Below, in pieces: positions 61,194 to 64,000 of a DNA stretch of 64,000 nucleotides. Position 1 is the stretch's first letter; the number at the start of each line of letters is the position of its first letter. The position numbers and the translations under genes were made by a program. The notes beneath the pieces were generated by a model. The model was not told the origin of the DNA. It ran no database searches and worked only from the letters and a program-made list of their open reading frames with translations. The stretch comes from Thermoproteota archaeon. GTDB taxonomy: Archaea; Thermoproteota; Thermoprotei_A; Sulfolobales; Ignisphaeraceae. The DNA is taken from contig JAUQPB010000002.1 of the NCBI GenBank assembly GCA_030550585.1, positions 224,001-288,000 of the forward strand, in the 5' to 3' direction.

Positions 61194-62708
61194 ATGGAGT
61201 TTGGAGACATATTGAAACACTATTCTAGTCCTATAGTGAAGGAGACCATCTTTGAGTATTGCAAAGATAGGTGGGTTGCGGTAGAGGGGACGGCTGAGAA
61301 TAGCAGAATATTCGTTAGGTATTTCGGTAAAAAGCCTCTGAAGCTCGACAACATGAATACCCTTCTCGATATTCTGACAAAATATAGGCACTTAAATCCC
61401 AGAACAGTCTACGCCTCTCTCAACATCTATGGCAAGTTAGGTACGGTAGAAGACCTTGAAAACCCCCTCAACATTGTTGCCACAACACCATTTTGGGACA
61501 TAGATGTTGAGGGTTTGGAGAACTGGAGACTAGCTATAGATGCTGCAAAAATTATAGTCGACTTTATAACGAGTAGATATGGCCAGCTGAAATCTCTGTA
61601 TATTGTCTGGAGTGGTGAGGGTGCTCATGTGAGATTGCATGAGAGGGCAATACCCCCAGAGCTCTTTGACACCTATAGCCCAGTTGATGTTGCCTATGCC
61701 ATTGTCGAGTACGTGCTTGAGAATGTAAAGGACAAAATATCTGAGTTGGTTCAGAGGTCTGGGGGCAAGGTCAAGGTGGAGAATCTTGTAGATCCAAAAA
61801 GAGTCTTCACAGCCCCGCTATCTATCCACAGAAAACATGATCTAGTAGCTGTTGCCATAGACGCTAAGAACATAGATTCGTTCGATATAAGCTGGGCCAA
61901 CATCAGAAACTTCAAGACAGACAACCCGTGGAAATATCTTAGCCCTGGAGAGGCCGAGGCCCTAGCTAGAGACGCTATAAAGATTCTCTCAGAGAAGAGA
62001 CATAGATATAGAACAGCTATAGGTGTAGGGGCTGGCAAAAGGGTTTTAGCTGAGGGCGATATAGATAGATTCAATGTTATGGCCCTTCTCCAGGCGGCTA
62101 GGTACTATCTCTTGACAGGAGATATTGAAAAGGCTAAGAGCTTTGGATTGAACAGAGCAATCTTCTATGCGTATCTAAAGTATTATGGCAGGTTCAAAGC
62201 CTATGCCAAGAGAAAAGAGGGTGTAAAGGAGGCTGAGCAAACAGCTCCAAGCTTAGAGGGTTTCGAAGCCAAAGGATCTTCCAAATCCTTGCCTATCGAA
62301 GATGGTGTTGAAACCTCTAGTGACGGCTTCTTCATGATTGGCGGCAGGGTTCAAACGCCAGAGGATTTTGATAGGAATGTTGTTAGAAAGGTAGAGGTGG
62401 TAGCACCTTTCGACATTGTTTGGGAGGCTACACTAAAATACGTCTCAAGGTTTCCTAGGCACATCCTAGTTGATCCACAAAAATTCTATAAGCATGTCTA
62501 TGAGCCTGTTAGAGACGGCTTTATGAAGAAAGTTGTTGAGGAGATTATAGAGCCTCCACCGCAGCAACTATATGTTAAAAAGGATGAGAGGAAACCCGTT
62601 GATATCGAGCCTATAATAAAACATGCTTCTCTGCTTAAGTGGGCTAAGAAACCCTCGTCTCAAGTCTCTCAACAGACGCAGGATAAGGGTGAAGAGAATC
62701 GACAATAA
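61194..62708 (+). CDS. Archaeo-eukaryotic primase (AEP) superfamily protein fused to an uncharacterised C-terminal domain
   Basis: Motif I FWDID, motif II WSGEGAH, motif III VENLVD..RVFTAPLSIH. The second domain starts around RFNVMALLQAARYY..AKSFGLNRAIFYA. Confidence 0.72.
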   Translation: MEFGDILKHYSSPIVKETIFEYCKDRWVAVEGTAENSRIFVRYFGKKPLKLDNMNTLLDILTKYRHLNPRTVYASLNIYGKLGTVEDLENPLNIVATTPFWDIDVEGLENWRLAIDAAKIIVDFITSRYGQLKSLYIVWSGEGAHVRLHERAIPPELFDTYSPVDVAYAIVEYVLENVKDKISELVQRSGGKVKVENLVDPKRVFTAPLSIHRKHDLVAVAIDAKNIDSFDISWANIRNFKTDNPWKYLSPGEAEALARDAIKILSEKRHRYRTAIGVGAGKRVLAEGDIDRFNVMALLQAARYYLLTGDIEKAKSFGLNRAIFYAYLKYYGRFKAYAKRKEGVKEAEQTAPSLEGFEAKGSSKSLPIEDGVETSSDGFFMIGGRVQTPEDFDRNVVRKVEVVAPFDIVWEATLKYVSRFPRHILVDPQKFYKHVYEPVRDGFMKKVVEEIIEPPPQQLYVKKDERKPVDIEPIIKHASLLKWAKKPSSQVSQQTQDKGEENRQ

Positions 62709-63456
62709 ATTTTGCAACGTCTTCAGCTATGCTAATAGCTTTTTCGCTGCTCTCGTCCGAGGCCATTATATACAGCTCTACAACTGGCTTGCCAAGTTCC
62801 TCTCCCTTCGGATGCGACTTGATATAAACCCTAGCAAATTTCTTAACTGCCTTCTCAATGAACGGGGCTAGAGAAGCCTCTGGAACACCCACAATCTTAA
62901 TAGTTATCTCCGCTATGTGAAGCCTCGGACCAATACTCTTTAGCCTTGGCTCAACCCAGCCCTCCCACATACTCATCATCTCACTTGGGACGCCAGGCAA
63001 CGAAACAATGATGGTGTTTCCATGTTCTATCCAGCTGCCAGGTGCTGTCCCAACGGGGTTTGGAATTGGCTCTGCACCTTCTGGCAAATAGGCCATTTTA
63101 ACTCTCTCTGGCGTTAGAGGCAGGCCCTTCTTATCATACTTCTCCTTAACAGTTTTGAAAGCCTCCTCATTTAGAACAAGCCTCCTGCTCAAAGCTTTTG
63201 CAACAGCCTCTAGAGTTCTATCATCATATGTTGGTCCAAGACCACCTGTTGTCACTACGACCCTAGGTCTCTCATGTATCAGCACATTGCTCAAATATCT
63301 TGATACAGTCTCGACATCGTCAACAAGGGTTATTACGCCTATTACATTAAAGCCAAGCAGAGTGAGTCTCCTACCAATGTAAGCAGCATTTGTGTTTACA
63401 ACCCTCCCCTGGACAAGCTCAGTACCTATTGTGAATACCCACGCAGTATAGCTCAT
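62644..63456 (-). CDS. CinA N-terminal-like (molybdopterin-binding) protein
   Basis: IGTELVQGRVVNTNA, TGGLGPTYDD, NPVGTAPG, LPGVPSEM, GVPEA.LAP. Confidence 0.88.
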   Translation of the reverse strand: MSYTAWVFTIGTELVQGRVVNTNAAYIGRRLTLLGFNVIGVITLVDDVETVSRYLSNVLIHERPRVVVTTGGLGPTYDDRTLEAVAKALSRRLVLNEEAFKTVKEKYDKKGLPLTPERVKMAYLPEGAEPIPNPVGTAPGSWIEHGNTIIVSLPGVPSEMMSMWEGWVEPRLKSIGPRLHIAEITIKIVGVPEASLAPFIEKAVKKFARVYIKSHPKGEELGKPVVELYIMASDESSEKAISIAEDVAKFIVDSLHPYPASVERLETRVS

Positions 63457-63616
63457 GGACAGTTCGCCACCGCATCGCTATCCAACTAAACTTTTTAAAT
63501 GTTGGCTTAATAAATGTGGTTAGCAATGTTGCGAAGCTTTTTATAAAGGCTCTCTTTCTCACTAGGCTACACACCTAAAAATCGACTAAGCCTTCGCGCA
63601 AAAAGGTGTTTTTGCA

Positions 63617-64000
63617 TTGAAGATATATCCACAGTGTGTGGTATGCCAAATCAATGTCCGCTACAGAGATTTGGAGAAAGCGAGGAACATGAACGATAAT
63701 GAGAAGATAGCTGTGATGAGCAATGTCATTGGCATTGTAAAGGATTTTATCGATGAATGTTCAAAAAATGCTGCATATCCTTGTGTACCAACTATTCTCG
63801 CCACAAAGCTATTCAGATATATGAAAAGGGTTCTAAGCAACGATGATCCTTATCTAGATGAGAAGATAGCTTCCCATAGAGAAGCTCTAAGGTTTTACGA
63901 CAGCATTAAGAAAATTGTTTTCAGCGAGACTGGTTTTGACAAGCGGTTGGAAAAGGCCATAAGGTTTTCTATACTTGGCAACCTCCTCGACATTGGAGTG
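63617..64000 (+). CDS. DUF89/ARMT1-like damage-control phosphatase; partial, runs off window end
   Basis: Manual translation from TTG at 63617: MKIYPQCVVCQ...DDPYLDEK...SILGNLLDIG. Confidence 0.78.
   Translation, partial: MKIYPQCVVCQINVRYRDLEKARNMNDNEKIAVMSNVIGIVKDFIDECSKNAAYPCVPTILATKLFRYMKRVLSNDDPYLDEKIASHREALRFYDSIKKIVFSETGFDKRLEKAIRFSILGNLLDIGV

Overview
Crenarchaeal chromosomal segment, most consistent with Thermoprotei/Desulfurococcales (Ignisphaera-like). This is inferred from the gene families, TATA/BRE promoters, C/D-box sRNAs and CRISPR repeat type, not from a database match. Housekeeping genes (purA, sufS, rpiA, mobA, fdhD, thiC, thiolase/DUF35, trkAH, mscS) are mixed with many carbohydrate genes (GH3, GH38, GH4, two TIM-barrel isomerases, IolB/KduI-like, glycerate kinase, peptide/sugar ABC operon, glycosyltransferases). 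Four loci look broken: an ABC binding protein/permease deletion junction, an SDR deletion-frameshift, a GH4 with an in-frame TGA, and a truncated GT. Other elements are a VapBC pair and a cas-less CRISPR array (24 repeats, 23 spacers of 41-54 nt, transcribed on the minus strand). Three C/D-box guide sRNAs sit in intergenic DNA outside any real CDS. The most interesting items are: a non-canonical archaeo-eukaryotic primase (AEP) fused to an uncharacterised ~200-aa domain; a 4xCBS protein fused to an HPF/RaiA-like ribosome-hibernation domain; an apparent antisense bias of the CRISPR spacers; and the in-frame TGA in a Cys/His-containing insertion of the GH4 enzyme.
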